NCBI GenBank assembly: GCA_977017575.1
Contig: CDRNVI010000043.1
Coordinates: 620,001-684,000, forward strand
DNA: 64,000 bases
From: Paramoeba atlantica
Lineage: Eukaryota > Protista > Discosea
Direction of reading: 5' to 3'
Part shown: piece by piece, positions 21,819 through 36,899 of the stretch
How positions within the stretch are numbered: position 1 is the stretch's first letter
Layout: every line of letters begins with the position of its first letter
Notes under the pieces: generated by a model
Database searches by the model: none
What the model was told of the DNA's origin: nothing
The model's input: only the letters and a program-made list of their open reading frames with translations
Program-made: the position numbers and the translations under genes

Positions 21819-24800
21819 TTACTCAGAATATGGCGTGAGGTCCAAAGTAAGTACAGAACTTGACTCAATATTTTTGTTTTTGTACACCCCAATAAGTGAA
21901 TCCGCACGATGAAAGAGCTCATTTTTGAGTGATATAACCAGAAACTGGCACGCTGCGCTATGTTTTCGAATATGTTGAGCCAAACGCTGAACGTTGGCTT
22001 GATCCAGAGCCGCGTCTACCTCGTCGAGCACCAAAAACGGAGCCGGTCGAATCGAATGCATCGCAAAGAGCAACGCAAGGGCGGCCATAGTACGTTCTCC
22101 TCCGCTGAGTGCTTCCATTCCCATAAACCGCTTCATCGGAGGTGTTGCGTGATATTTCGTTCCAAAGTTATACGGCTCTTCCTGGTTGTCCAGCGTGAGA
22201 TAAGCAGACCCGTGAACGCCCGCGGCTCGTGTGCCCTCGGTAAGTTCTCGGTAAACTCGACCTACGGCATCGTTGATTTGCTCAAAAGTGTTCATAAACA
22301 TGGCCGTCCTCTGCTCTCTGATTTTACTAAAGTTGATCAGCGCCCGCCGAGCTTTGTCTTTTCGTTGCTCTAGATTCTTGATTAGGTCATCCAGGTGGTG
22401 TTCCGAGCTCGCAAGTTTCTCTCCTGCCTTCATATTGGGAGCTAAGCGCTCCATTTCTTTTTCACATTCTTCGAGCGACCGCTGAAGTTCACCTTTCGCT
22501 TTTTCGTATCCTCCCGAAATATGGGCGGTGCGAAGGCGGGCGGGAAGATCGCTGAATTCAATCGTAATTTTATCCCGTGCGCTTCCCTTCTTGCGAGCAA
22601 TATCTGCTTGAAAGGGCTCACTGAAGGACACTTCCTGCATTTCATTGTTGTCGGTTACGTTACGTTTCCTCCGCTTTCCACCCACAGATGCATTCGCGTG
22701 ATCCGTCGTTTCCTTCTCGTTGCTTGATACAGGTATGGTAATATCTTCTAGTACGCACTCATTAAAGATATTGGTCCTTTGGCGCCGTAGTTTCTCACAC
22801 TGTAGTTTTATCACAGAAACTCGCTTTCTTGTCTGTTCCGATCGTAGCGTGACGTCTGAGTTTCGTCGAGTAATATCACGCATTTCTTTCTCAAGTTCTG
22901 AGAGATTGTGTTGCGCAGTCTGGAGTTCTTTGTTTAAATTCTCAGTATTCTTTTCTGCACTTGTGACATTTTTTTCTAGACTTTTTAGCTCCTCTTTTTT
23001 CTTTTTCAAATCTTGTTCAATGGATGATAAGCCACGCTCCATAGGAGCAGAGTCCTTAATTCCAATCCGCTTCTTTTCGCTTTCTAATTGATTTCGCAGT
23101 CTCGCCAACATTACCATTTTCCGATGACGCTCTTCGGCACGCATTAAAACCTTCTTTGTATCCTGAGTCTCTAACATAGAAATATCCTCTATTCCAGTCT
23201 TCTTTTTAAATTTTTCAAAAATTGAGCTTTCTACCGCACATATCTTTGTTTGAAGTGACTTAATTCGAAGATCAATATCATCGGTTCTCGCTTTAACGGT
23301 ACTCCGCGTATCTGCGGCTTGTACAGATTCTTTTCTGCATTGTTGAAGCTCCAATTGAAGGCTCTTCTCTCTCTTATGCAACAATCCCCTTTCTCGTATC
23401 GCTGAATCCTTTGTGTGCAAACACAACTCTCGGTTTTTCTCACGCATAGTTAGCTCACTGTGGAGCTTCGTCTCGGCAAGATCAGAATGGCCACGAAGGT
23501 CAGTCTCGAGTTCATTCATCTTGTTGCGAAGAACAGTGATGGACTGCTCATCCCATTTACGTGCCCTCTCGCGTACAGTTTGCGATCCTCCTTGCATGGC
23601 TCCACTCTTTAGAAGCATGGAGCCATCCAACGTGACCACTTTATGTCGCCGGCCATCCTCGGCATTGTACGCAATCCGACGACCTTCCTCCATTGTCTCG
23701 CTCAGCAGGGTTTGGCCCACAGCGTAGTGCACGGCAAGCGCAATATCGTCCTCAAACTTGAGACAATCAATCACGCGCGTGTGCTTCCCGTGTGGACGGT
23801 GGCGCGCGTCGAAGTCCCGAAGGCTGTTCAGTGGTATGAACTCCATGGTCCCTATGCGGTTTTCTTTGAGGTATTTGATACACTCCATTGCACTCTCCTG
23901 GGTGTCGACCACAATCGCGTCGAGGTGTTTGCCCAGAGCCACGGTACACGCCAGTGTATGTTTCGGATTCGGAACGCTACAGAGATCCACCAGACGGCCG
24001 CGGACTCCTCGTGCAATCGTTTTAAACGCTAGTATTGCATCCGCGAGTACTTTTTGGCGACGACTCTCGTCTCTGGAGGACCGAAGCTGGTCAAGCTGTT
24101 TACGAAGGGAATTGAGTTCCTGGTTCTTGCTCTCGCGATTTTGCTGCAACCGACTCAGCTCGGCATGTAGCTCCACATGGGTGCCCGAAAGTTGTCCTGC
24201 TTCCTTCTCCTTCTCATCTATAATGGTGCTCTGTCTCGTGATTTGTCGTTTTACGTCGTCCAGACTCTCCAGTAGAGCACTTTCCTTCGCCTTGGAATCC
24301 TCCAAAATGGTCTCGGCTCTGCGCGCGGCGTCGTTTTCAGCGTTTCGTCGAATGGTCTCTGCAGTGAGCGCCTGGCGTATGGCTACAGTCTCACAATCGG
24401 CCTCTTTTCTTAACGATTTGTACTCCTGCAATTGGGAAGAGGAAAGTGACGTGTGGCTGGCAGCATCTTCTACTGCGCAATCATGTTCGAACTTTTCTAA
24501 GTCTTTTTGCTCTTGATTTAGGCTGGATTCCAGGCGGACCACTTCCGATTGGTGGGTTGTATTAGCCGCACGATTGTGTTCCAAGTCTTTTATTTCCTTT
24601 AAACGACGAACCTCAAGGTGTTCAATGGTCGTTCGAAGTTGCTCGAGTGAAGCTTTCTGATCACGAAAAATGGTGCCGCTGTCCCTTACTTTTTTCAAAG
24701 TCATCAAATGAGATTTGTGAAGTTCGGAAAATAGACGTTTTTTATCCTTTGAGCTACTGATGGATTCGTTATATTTCTCGGCAATCTCCTTTGCGGCGCT

Positions 24801-25538
24801 CTCCTCTCGGGCAAGTGAGCTTTTCTGAGCGTTCAACTCAAGTTCAATAAAATAGAGTTGCAAGAGAGCCAGTTCTGTACGCTCGCGATTCGTTCGAAGC
24901 ACCAACTCGTGAAACCGTTCACACTCTTTCTTCTGAGTTCGATAGCGGTGGAGTTCCGAGCTCGTTTCACGCTTTTCATTCACAAGCGACAGGACACTCT
25001 TATTGGCGTCCTCCACCGCACTTCGAGCGGCGTGGTAGAGGGGAAGAAATTCATCACTTCCACTCGCGGCTTCAATCATTTCCGTTAACTCTCGGGACCT
25101 CTTTTGTGCAACAGCCTCTACCTCATGTTGGAACACTAAGAAATTCTTGATTTGTGAGCTGATGTTGTATTTGGAAAGAAAAGCGTTGAGTTCTGTCTCG
25201 TTGATGGTATTCTCGTTGAGCTGAATCATTGACTTTTCTGTATTCTTCGTGGGGTCGATTGAAATGGTGCGACAAATGCGGTATTCGGTTGAATCCAACA
25301 ACAAAGTTACGGTTACGCTGGCGGAAGTGCACTCGGCATGAATTACATCCCGTAGCTTATTCAGTCGCATGGAAGATACGGGAACCCCGAGCGCAAAACC
25401 GATCGCATCCATGATGTTGCTCTTCCCGGACCCGTTTGGACCAATGACACACGATAGAGGAAGCAATGGGCCGATTGTGTGCTGGCCTTTGTAGGATTTG
25501 AAATTCGTCAAGTCAATACGTTGTAATGCGGTGCTCAT
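21819..25538 (-). CDS. SMC1: Cohesin subunit SMC1
   Basis: NFKSY, GPNGSGKSN, hinge, LSGGERTMAALALLFAMH, LDEVDAALD; head motifs typical of SMC1. Confidence 0.92.
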   Translation of the reverse strand: MSTALQRIDLTNFKSYKGQHTIGPLLPLSCVIGPNGSGKSNIMDAIGFALGVPVSSMRLNKLRDVIHAECTSASVTVTLLLDSTEYRICRTISIDPTKNTEKSMIQLNENTINETELNAFLSKYNISSQIKNFLVFQHEVEAVAQKRSRELTEMIEAASGSDEFLPLYHAARSAVEDANKSVLSLVNEKRETSSELHRYRTQKKECERFHELVLRTNRERTELALLQLYFIELELNAQKSSLAREESAAKEIAEKYNESISSSKDKKRLFSELHKSHLMTLKKVRDSGTIFRDQKASLEQLRTTIEHLEVRRLKEIKDLEHNRAANTTHQSEVVRLESSLNQEQKDLEKFEHDCAVEDAASHTSLSSSQLQEYKSLRKEADCETVAIRQALTAETIRRNAENDAARRAETILEDSKAKESALLESLDDVKRQITRQSTIIDEKEKEAGQLSGTHVELHAELSRLQQNRESKNQELNSLRKQLDQLRSSRDESRRQKVLADAILAFKTIARGVRGRLVDLCSVPNPKHTLACTVALGKHLDAIVVDTQESAMECIKYLKENRIGTMEFIPLNSLRDFDARHRPHGKHTRVIDCLKFEDDIALAVHYAVGQTLLSETMEEGRRIAYNAEDGRRHKVVTLDGSMLLKSGAMQGGSQTVRERARKWDEQSITVLRNKMNELETDLRGHSDLAETKLHSELTMREKNRELCLHTKDSAIRERGLLHKREKSLQLELQQCRKESVQAADTRSTVKARTDDIDLRIKSLQTKICAVESSIFEKFKKKTGIEDISMLETQDTKKVLMRAEERHRKMVMLARLRNQLESEKKRIGIKDSAPMERGLSSIEQDLKKKKEELKSLEKNVTSAEKNTENLNKELQTAQHNLSELEKEMRDITRRNSDVTLRSEQTRKRVSVIKLQCEKLRRQRTNIFNECVLEDITIPVSSNEKETTDHANASVGGKRRKRNVTDNNEMQEVSFSEPFQADIARKKGSARDKITIEFSDLPARLRTAHISGGYEKAKGELQRSLEECEKEMERLAPNMKAGEKLASSEHHLDDLIKNLEQRKDKARRALINFSKIREQRTAMFMNTFEQINDAVGRVYRELTEGTRAAGVHGSAYLTLDNQEEPYNFGTKYHATPPMKRFMGMEALSGGERTMAALALLFAMHSIRPAPFLVLDEVDAALDQANVQRLAQHIRKHSAACQFLVISLKNELFHRADSLIGVYKNKNIESSSVLTLDLTPYSE

Positions 25539-25698
25539 ATTCTATTGCAAGAAGTGGGATAAAAAAATAAAGATTTTCTACGGTCGCATTGAATAAGATG
25601 GAGTGATATGACAATTCATGTGTACGACAGAAAGGGATTTAAATTTTGAAAATCAAAGAAACACAAAGATTTAGCCTGTCTAACTCAAAATCATTGAT

Positions 25699-27147
25699 CT
25701 ACGCTATCCCTTTCTGCATTACAATAAGTATGCGTTCGGACTTTAAATTTAATTTTTGTGGGTGCATACAAACCAGATGTAGCCTATGATCGGAGGGTAT
25801 CACCGGAGTCTGCTCACTTAAGAGCCTCCAGTGCCAGTAGACCAGCCGCCCGCCTACCCGAAGATAATCTGCTGCAAAGGTTACCAGTTCGGATTCCATC
25901 TGATGCTGTCGGTAACGAATTCGGGGAGGGGGAGAGGGACTTGAATGGATTTGTTTATCTTTTTCGTCCTCTGTGTACCGAAAGCGTTCGCTATCGACGT
26001 GTTTCATACTCTCACGTTGGCCATAGGGAGGGTCTGCGAGAATGACGTGAAAGAGACCTCGAGAGGTTGTGCAACTTGGATTTCGCAAAATTCGGTTACA
26101 TAGAGTGGCATCGGCACGTATGAGATTGAGCGAAGTCTTCAAGGCATATTGGGAAAAATTATGGTAAATGCTTCGTGGAGGGCGAGTACTTTTTTGCTGT
26201 GATTTTCCTTTTCTTCTTTCTTTACTCGTTCCCTCGTTTGTATTTTTAACGTTTGTTTCAGTGGTAGACGTAGAAATTGGTTTTCGCATTGTTCGCGCAT
26301 CCAAGTCGGATCCAACGCAATGTGCTCCTAAATGTGCACAAGCGACCAGCGTACTTCCGGATCCACAAAAGTTGTCGTAGACGAGATCACTACGGCGCAC
26401 GCGGCCAAGGTTTGCCATTAAGAAGGCTAGCTCAGGGGGCAAGGCGGTGTTGCCTACATGATGTCGTGTGCTCAGAGGATAGGAGGAGTAGATATGACGA
26501 CGTAAACTCCGGGTGAGTAATTTGCCAAACATGACCGCGTAATTGGTAAAGATTTCGTCCTCTCCTCGCAAGCTTTCTTCTGTAGGTGACCTCATATTGA
26601 GGAAAAGAATAAATGTGTGTTGTGGTTGTTTTAATTCGATTCTGGCTTCCTGGGGCAGAACAGTGCCCAGAAACTCATAAATTCGTATTTTAGTTTCCAA
26701 CGACAGCGTCGCTCCGTAGCACTCAATATCAAGTTTAAAAGTTTCACCCTTACCCATTCCATTGGCCTCCAGTTGGCATCGAAGTTCAGCTAATTGAGGT
26801 AATAAGCATGTGAGACTTGGAGCTTTACAGAGGTATTCAGATACGCTGTGCAGAAGAACTGATCGGCGGGTGATAGATCTCGCATGGGATAACGAAGGAA
26901 CGTCCACGCGGATAAAAACTTCTTCCCCTGAGTGAGTTGGATCATCAACAAATTGAATCGCACCTTCATGTTCATCTAAAGTAAACCCGTGAATATTTTT
27001 CGCATATTGGCTTCCACTGAGGGAATCCAACCAATCTTCATTTAGTGCTACGTCAGACAGAGATAAAAACTCTGATTTTCTGAATTCATGGAGTTTTGAG
27101 AGGGATGAGGCAAAGTGCGCAATGACTCGCTCTGTTTTTCCGGTCAT
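25699..27147 (-). CDS. TRM11: tRNA (guanine-10-N2) methyltransferase TRM11
   Basis: DNFCGSGS SAM motif, ADPPYGQRE, HHVGNTAL. Confidence 0.88.
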   Translation of the reverse strand: MTGKTERVIAHFASSLSKLHEFRKSEFLSLSDVALNEDWLDSLSGSQYAKNIHGFTLDEHEGAIQFVDDPTHSGEEVFIRVDVPSLSHARSITRRSVLLHSVSEYLCKAPSLTCLLPQLAELRCQLEANGMGKGETFKLDIECYGATLSLETKIRIYEFLGTVLPQEARIELKQPQHTFILFLNMRSPTEESLRGEDEIFTNYAVMFGKLLTRSLRRHIYSSYPLSTRHHVGNTALPPELAFLMANLGRVRRSDLVYDNFCGSGSTLVACAHLGAHCVGSDLDARTMRKPISTSTTETNVKNTNEGTSKERRKGKSQQKSTRPPRSIYHNFSQYALKTSLNLIRADATLCNRILRNPSCTTSRGLFHVILADPPYGQRESMKHVDSERFRYTEDEKDKQIHSSPSPPPRIRYRQHQMESELVTFAADYLRVGGRLVYWHWRLLSEQTPVIPSDHRLHLVCMHPQKLNLKSERILIVMQKGIA

Positions 27148-27343
27148 ATAGTAAGTATTAAAATGACATTTTCAAATTTTACTCCACCAAATCAAGACAG
27201 TAGGGAATGCAGCATATTTTTTTGAGATAAATACGTAGATAAGGCGCTCAGGCTGAACAAAGCGCTCAGAAGAGCGTGTTACGTGAAGTACTAAACTTAT
27301 TTTTATGTGCAAGTTGTAATCAATAGTGCACTCCCGATCCATC

Positions 27344-27859
27344 TCAGCTTTTGAGGTATCGATTTAACGCTTGCATTACACCTGAAGTTCGAACACTCTT
27401 TGACGGGATGTTTGGTACCTGACTTGCCACGTTTTCCACGGATAAATCCATAATGTTTCCGTGATCAATGGCAGCATCAACCAAGAAGGGCAAAATGTGA
27501 TATTTGAGATACAAATTGTTTAGCGAAATGGGGCTACCAAGAGAACCGAACGAATTCACAATGGTCTCAAGAACTTGGGAGGCGAGTATTGGGTTTTCAC
27601 TTTTCCTACACGTAACAAAGAGAAGCAATCCATCGCAAACCGTATAAATCATCGTATACTCTTTGTCGTGTACGATTTGAAGGTTGATTCTTGTGCTGTT
27701 GTTAGCGTTACGGTCTGAATTATCCGACATTTTCCGAGCCGCGTGCTCAGTAACATGGCGATTTAGGGAGGAGCCCTTTTCTTGGTCGATTTCTTGTTCG
27801 TAGTATTTTGAGAACAGTACATCACCGTCGTACTTCAGAGCAACGAACGCTGAAATCAT
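27344..27859 (-). CDS. COPZ1: Coatomer subunit zeta (longin/adaptor small-chain fold)
   Basis: ISAFVALKYDGDVLFSKYY resembles the zeta-COP N-terminus; length 171 aa. Confidence 0.65.
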   Translation of the reverse strand: MISAFVALKYDGDVLFSKYYEQEIDQEKGSSLNRHVTEHAARKMSDNSDRNANNSTRINLQIVHDKEYTMIYTVCDGLLLFVTCRKSENPILASQVLETIVNSFGSLGSPISLNNLYLKYHILPFLVDAAIDHGNIMDLSVENVASQVPNIPSKSVRTSGVMQALNRYLKS

Positions 27860-28081
27860 GTGCTGAATGTATTATGAACCGTATAGTTATACTCGTAAAA
27901 TACAACGTAAAATCATTAAAAGAAAGCAGATAATATAATTTTGATTGTATGTGAGATTAGATTCGAGTACTGCATGAAATTTTGATCAAACTAAATATTT
28001 TTTTTATTTCTTATGCTTTATGATCCGTGCAGTAGGTAAGAGACGACCACTCACTTACTCTTATTTAACACATAGTGAATC

Positions 28082-28423
28082 TTACTCCTCTTGAACACTC
28101 TTTCGCACCAGTCGGGTGTAAATCTTACAGCTCTTTCCAGCGTTCACGGCGCGAATCAAACCTTGCGCCTCGAGATAACGAAGAGCCTCACGTGCGAGGG
28201 AACCCGCGACCTTGAGTCGGTCGGATATCACACTGACGGTAATCACTTTCCACTTCGGCACCTCCGCTACGAGTTTATCCATGGCGGCCGTATCCCACAT
28301 CGTGGCGTTGTCGAGCGGGTCTCTAATTTTTCCTTTGGACCACTTCTTCTTTTTTGCTTTACTCGCGCTCGCGGCTGCCGCCGCCTTCTGTTCTTTAGTC
28401 TTGGAGGGGACTTTAGGGGGCAT
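28082..28423 (-). CDS. RPS25: 40S ribosomal protein eS25
   Basis: KKKKWSKGK, VISDRLKVAGSLAREAL. Confidence 0.97.
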   Translation of the reverse strand: MPPKVPSKTKEQKAAAAASASKAKKKKWSKGKIRDPLDNATMWDTAAMDKLVAEVPKWKVITVSVISDRLKVAGSLAREALRYLEAQGLIRAVNAGKSCKIYTRLVRKSVQEE

Positions 28424-28856
28424 TCAAATTTAAATAAATCGAATCGAATGCAAAGACTTGAATCTGATCAAAAACATGAGTATGAATTTATGAGATGAAC
28501 ATGGATCAAAATTTATGTTTTAAAGTGGATACACTTGCAAGAAGCTTCTTTTTAAGACCCGATTAACAGAACAAATCCGATTTAATGAACTTGATTCCAT
28601 TAAACCATTGAAGAAAATTTCATTTTTTAGTCAACGGTGAATGCATATAAAATACATGTACATGTTACCTGAACGCGCCCAAGAAAAGTTTAGTCCCCTA
28701 AAATTCAATTTTGTGTGTACATTTAATCCAATTTGGAATAAAAATTATACTGCTGAGCATTATCTACAAGAATGCATCTAGCAAGTGGTATTCCATAAGA
28801 ACGGAATCGCGCTCCTCACGTTCAACCTACTATCCTGAGCGTTCCTATACACACCT

Positions 28857-29489
28857 CTACCTACACTTCGAAAAATTGGGTTTACACGCGATCATGAGAA
28901 TCACAAAAATCAGAATACACAACACAGCGAAACCGATGAACAGCATTTTCACGTTTCGAAACCATTCCATTCGTTTCATTTTCGTCGCGCCGTGCTGGAA
29001 TCGCGAGGCCTCGTCCACAAGCTGTGCCGATCTCTGTGCCATGGACTCTAAGTGATCGCCGCGAATAATAACGCTATCCATATTTTTGATCATAATGTCC
29101 TTCACGTTGTCGATCTCTTTCGAGACGTGGGAAAGCGTGTCCACAGAAGTCGCGCGCTCCATTTTGGTTTTCAATAAACTCTCTGCAGCAGAGACACTCC
29201 TCGGGGTGTTGATAAAACCGTTATGTAAGTCCTCCAAGAAATGAAAGGCGGTAGCAATGCGTATATCAGAGCTGGCAGCTACAAAATACGTCACCCCTGT
29301 GCCATCGCTAAGTAAATGGTAGTTCACACCTCTTCCCATGTCATCCTCTAACGTTTTTCGAATGTATTCTCCACTTGGCAAGCGAGCCATAGTTTTCTGT
29401 AAAACCTCCGCGTGGTAGGATTGCTCACTGATCGGGTAGGAGGCAAAAATAGTACCATCGACGACAATACAGACGTACTTAAAGGGCAT
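28857..29489 (-). CDS. VAMP7: Longin R-SNARE, VAMP7-like
   Basis: Longin N-terminus, synaptobrevin coil with zero-layer Arg (IIRGDHLE), C-terminal TM. Confidence 0.85.
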   Translation of the reverse strand: MPFKYVCIVVDGTIFASYPISEQSYHAEVLQKTMARLPSGEYIRKTLEDDMGRGVNYHLLSDGTGVTYFVAASSDIRIATAFHFLEDLHNGFINTPRSVSAAESLLKTKMERATSVDTLSHVSKEIDNVKDIMIKNMDSVIIRGDHLESMAQRSAQLVDEASRFQHGATKMKRMEWFRNVKMLFIGFAVLCILIFVILMIACKPNFSKCR

Positions 29490-29711
29490 GGTAGGAACGA
29501 AATATTGAAAATAAAAGTGGGATAAGGTTTCATAATCTTTTTCGCTTCGTCCCCAGTAATACTAAGCTCAAACATCGAATTTCTTCTACACTACTAGATT
29601 CAAAAATCAAAATTTGAATGTACATTTGTGATCTTCTCACAACCCTAAGCTCTTGTTACAATGCTCCTTTATAAACATTACACATTAACTCCCTTCCCAC
29701 CCACCCACCCC

Positions 29712-33497
<3,786 letters not shown>

Positions 33498-33636
33498 TTA
33501 AATTTTCGCACAAAACATAAATGACACCAGCAGACTAATACGCGTCGAATTCCGTCTCTTGTATTCGTGCTATCTAAGCACGCTGACACCGGATGTAATA
33601 AGATAATAAAAGAAACCCCCCACTCTCGAACACTAG

Positions 33637-35229
33637 TTATACTGCACAAGTAATGACATCGTCCACCTTAAGTATCATACGAACTACCTGTGTGGCCAGT
33701 CGCAGTTGTACGAGTTTTCCATTCAAGGTTTCGAAAACTCCTTGTTCCTTCATATTCGGGGTCCCCACACTCATACAATCTATTCCTAGGCTCGATATGC
33801 CACTCGTAAGCTGCTCCCGTTTGATTTGTGTCAGGGTATTGATCGCGCTGAGGCCACTGTTTTCCGCCAAGGCTATCGGAACGGCATCGAGTGCCTCTGC
33901 AAAGGCCTTAACGGCATACTGATCGGAGCCCACCATTGTGTTGACTTCATCCAGCAGAGCGAGAGAACAGGCGATCTCGGCCGAGCCACCGCCGTACACA
34001 ATTCGGTTGTCGGTGACAAGATTCCGTGCCACGCAGAGTGCGTCATGCACGGAGCGCTTTGCCTCCTCTAAGGCCATGGAGGATCCCGCCCGGAGAAAGA
34101 TCGTAACAGCAGACGAGTTACGACAGCCCTCGACAAAAATCATCCGGTCCTTTGAGCTGCCAAAGGATACCTCTCGCACAGAGCTTGCGTATCCCAGCTT
34201 CTTTTCCGTAATCTCATCGAACTTTGGCACAATCCTGGCACCAGTCGCAATAGCCAACAGCTCCATCTCCACTCCCCCTACCCACCGGATTGCGGGCAGA
34301 TGCTCCCTGTAGAGCAGGTAATTCGCTTCGTCATCGAACCCCCACTGGCAAATCACCAGGGAGGCGCCATTGGCTTTGCACAGCTCCACTTGTTTTCGAA
34401 AACTCTCCTGCTCCAGATTGGACAGCGAAAGAAACTGTTCCGCGCTTGTCACCCCGACCACATGCTTCGTCTTGGGTTTCGGAGGCTCAAACGGACAAGT
34501 CAAAATCACAATCTTAGCGTCCGCAATATGCTTGGGCATTTGCGGGTGGGACATTTCCTTATCCAGCACAATACCCTTAATGAGGCAGGACTCCTGGAGA
34601 TCACCCCCTACCCTACCCTCCACTTTAATCAGCTCCATGTTTACGTCACTTCTGCTCATATCCGCCACCGAGAGCACGGCCTGGACACAAATCGAGGCCA
34701 GATGATCGCGGCATCGATTCACTTGTTTGGAATTCAGTGTGGATCGCACGGTGTGAGCCAGTGACTCTTCCAGGTTAATCTTTTCTGAAATTCCACCTAG
34801 CCTCTCGCACGCAATGTCGCAAGCCTTTTCGAAACCATCTGCAATGCGGGAGGGGTGGATGCCCTTGTCGAGCAGTTTTTCCGCTTGCTCGAGCAGTGCC
34901 CCGGCGAGTACGACGACCCCCGTGGTGCCGTCCCCGACCTCCGCATCCATACTTTGACTGAGTTGAACCACCAGCGAGGCAATTTCATTGTCCACATCCA
35001 TTTTCGAGAGAATCGTGGCCCCATCGTTGGTGACCGCGAAGTCGTTGTCACTACTCACCAGGATTTTATCCATCCCGCGGGGTCCGAGACTCGTGCGTAG
35101 CGGATTGGCCACGGCTCGTGCCCACCGGATGTTTTGCTTGACCGCATCGATGCCTTTGATACGCTCCCGCTTTTCTTGTTCCTTCAGGATCACAAAGGGG
35201 CGACCGAACTCGTCAAAAGCCAGAGACAT
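33637..35229 (-). CDS. CCT5: T-complex protein 1 subunit epsilon
   Basis: [36 protein letters not shown]. Confidence 0.97.
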   Translation of the reverse strand: MSLAFDEFGRPFVILKEQEKRERIKGIDAVKQNIRWARAVANPLRTSLGPRGMDKILVSSDNDFAVTNDGATILSKMDVDNEIASLVVQLSQSMDAEVGDGTTGVVVLAGALLEQAEKLLDKGIHPSRIADGFEKACDIACERLGGISEKINLEESLAHTVRSTLNSKQVNRCRDHLASICVQAVLSVADMSRSDVNMELIKVEGRVGGDLQESCLIKGIVLDKEMSHPQMPKHIADAKIVILTCPFEPPKPKTKHVVGVTSAEQFLSLSNLEQESFRKQVELCKANGASLVICQWGFDDEANYLLYREHLPAIRWVGGVEMELLAIATGARIVPKFDEITEKKLGYASSVREVSFGSSKDRMIFVEGCRNSSAVTIFLRAGSSMALEEAKRSVHDALCVARNLVTDNRIVYGGGSAEIACSLALLDEVNTMVGSDQYAVKAFAEALDAVPIALAENSGLSAINTLTQIKREQLTSGISSLGIDCMSVGTPNMKEQGVFETLNGKLVQLRLATQVVRMILKVDDVITCAV

Positions 35230-35908
35230 GTTGCAAAGTTTTTTAATGGTATACGACTTATGATGAATGAAAAGTAAAAATGGTACATACCTCGATATAC
35301 ATTCGCATGGTATTGATAACTTACTATCACCGTACGTCGTAAAATTTTCCTACATGTTTGACCACGTTATTCTAGAATTATACAAAAACCTACTACAAAT
35401 CAACCCTTAGATGAACCCTGTATGTACACATCGACGGAACCCTACCAAACCCCTATGGCTCCAAGACACAAAGTCTTTTTTTTGAATACACTCTATTCTA
35501 TAGACCACAGCACACCCCCTTCGAACACTCTCTGATCACCACGAAAACAGACAAATCCTCAAATGTACGAGTACGCACAAACAAAAGGTTTGTTCACCCT
35601 TGATTTACAGTCAAAGAATGCGACAGCTTCGCGTCAAAGAAACGCACTCGGGAAATTTTCTACGCCAGTACGAGACGAATAGCTAAATAAATTCCCTTCT
35701 GATGCGTCAAAGCAATGACTTCCGTCCCAAACGGCCGCAGGACAGTGAATCCAGAATTGCCTTTCGTGGAGCCTCATAAAACAGTACAACGGAATAAGAC
35801 TACAGTCGGCAGCAACACGCCTTCACCACGTAAAACTGCCTAGCCTGTTGAAATACCCACAAACCCCTTACCCCTCCCCTCACCCCTCCTTCCCAAACAC
35901 CCTCCTCC

Positions 35909-36643
35909 TCATCTCCCCCATCCCCTCCTCCGTGACCACAAACACCCCCTCATCCCTCTCCCCCCCTCCACCCCCCCCTCCCGTCTCACCCCCTCCTGGA
36001 ACGTCCGGCTCCTCCTCGCCGCCCCCCGCGCCTTGCGCCACTCCCCGAGGTACAGCCGTTTCACCGCGCGCTCGTACGCCCCCTCATCACCGGACCACCA
36101 CGGGAGGAGGGTGTCCCCCGCGATGGGGTCCACCGCTGCCCCCCCCTCCCCCCCTTGCGCCCCTCTCACCTGTCTCCGGTACTGCAGCACCGACCCCCAG
36201 GCACCGCCGAGGACCAGCGCGACCGCGAGACACAGCGTGAGGAGGAACTCGAGGCCGCGGTGGAGCTGGGTGACCTCGTGGGTGTTGTGGAAGAGCTCGG
36301 CGGCGGTGGTGCCGGGGGACCAGGACGCGGGGGGCTCGTGGGCGAGCGCGGCGGCGATCTGCGTGTAGGCGGTTTCAAGCTCGTGGTAGGCCCGGGGGTC
36401 CCCCCCACAGAGGGGGTGGCGGAGACGACACTGGAGGAGGTAGTGGAGTTTGAGTTGGGGGAGGTCGTAGGTGGGGAGGGGACGGGGGAGGGCGAGGGTG
36501 CGTTGGTGGTGGGAGAGGGGGGGGGAGAGGGGGGTGGGGGTTACGGGTTTAGGGGTGGGGGGTGCGGCGGTGGGGGAGAGGAGGAGTGTGGTGGTGAGAG
36601 GGTTTCGACGGGAGTGGAGAAAGCGTTGGGGGGGTGGAGGCAT
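35909..36643 (-). CDS. J-domain-like membrane protein (HPD replaced by HPL)
   Basis: LKLHYLLQCRLRHPLCGGDPRAYHELETAY followed by a TM helix. Confidence 0.55.
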   Translation of the reverse strand: MPPPPQRFLHSRRNPLTTTLLLSPTAAPPTPKPVTPTPLSPPLSHHQRTLALPRPLPTYDLPQLKLHYLLQCRLRHPLCGGDPRAYHELETAYTQIAAALAHEPPASWSPGTTAAELFHNTHEVTQLHRGLEFLLTLCLAVALVLGGAWGSVLQYRRQVRGAQGGEGGAAVDPIAGDTLLPWWSGDEGAYERAVKRLYLGEWRKARGAARRSRTFQEGVRREGGVEGGRGMRGCLWSRRRGWGR

Positions 36644-36899
36644 GGGTGGGGGGTAAGAAGAGGCACCTTGTGGTGATACCTTTAAAAGGTAAAAGAAGAG
36701 TTAACTTCTTTAAAAATAGAGTTGCAGAGAATACTGAAATGACGTATTTAGTATTCCAGTGGATGAAGAATAAAAGAAATGTATATTTCTTACTGTCGCC
36801 AACTACAAATTCGTTTTATAAAAATACGGGGCTATATCTATATCCACTTTATACAGTGGAGAACAAACCCCCCCCCTATGTACATACGTGTGAGGGGCT

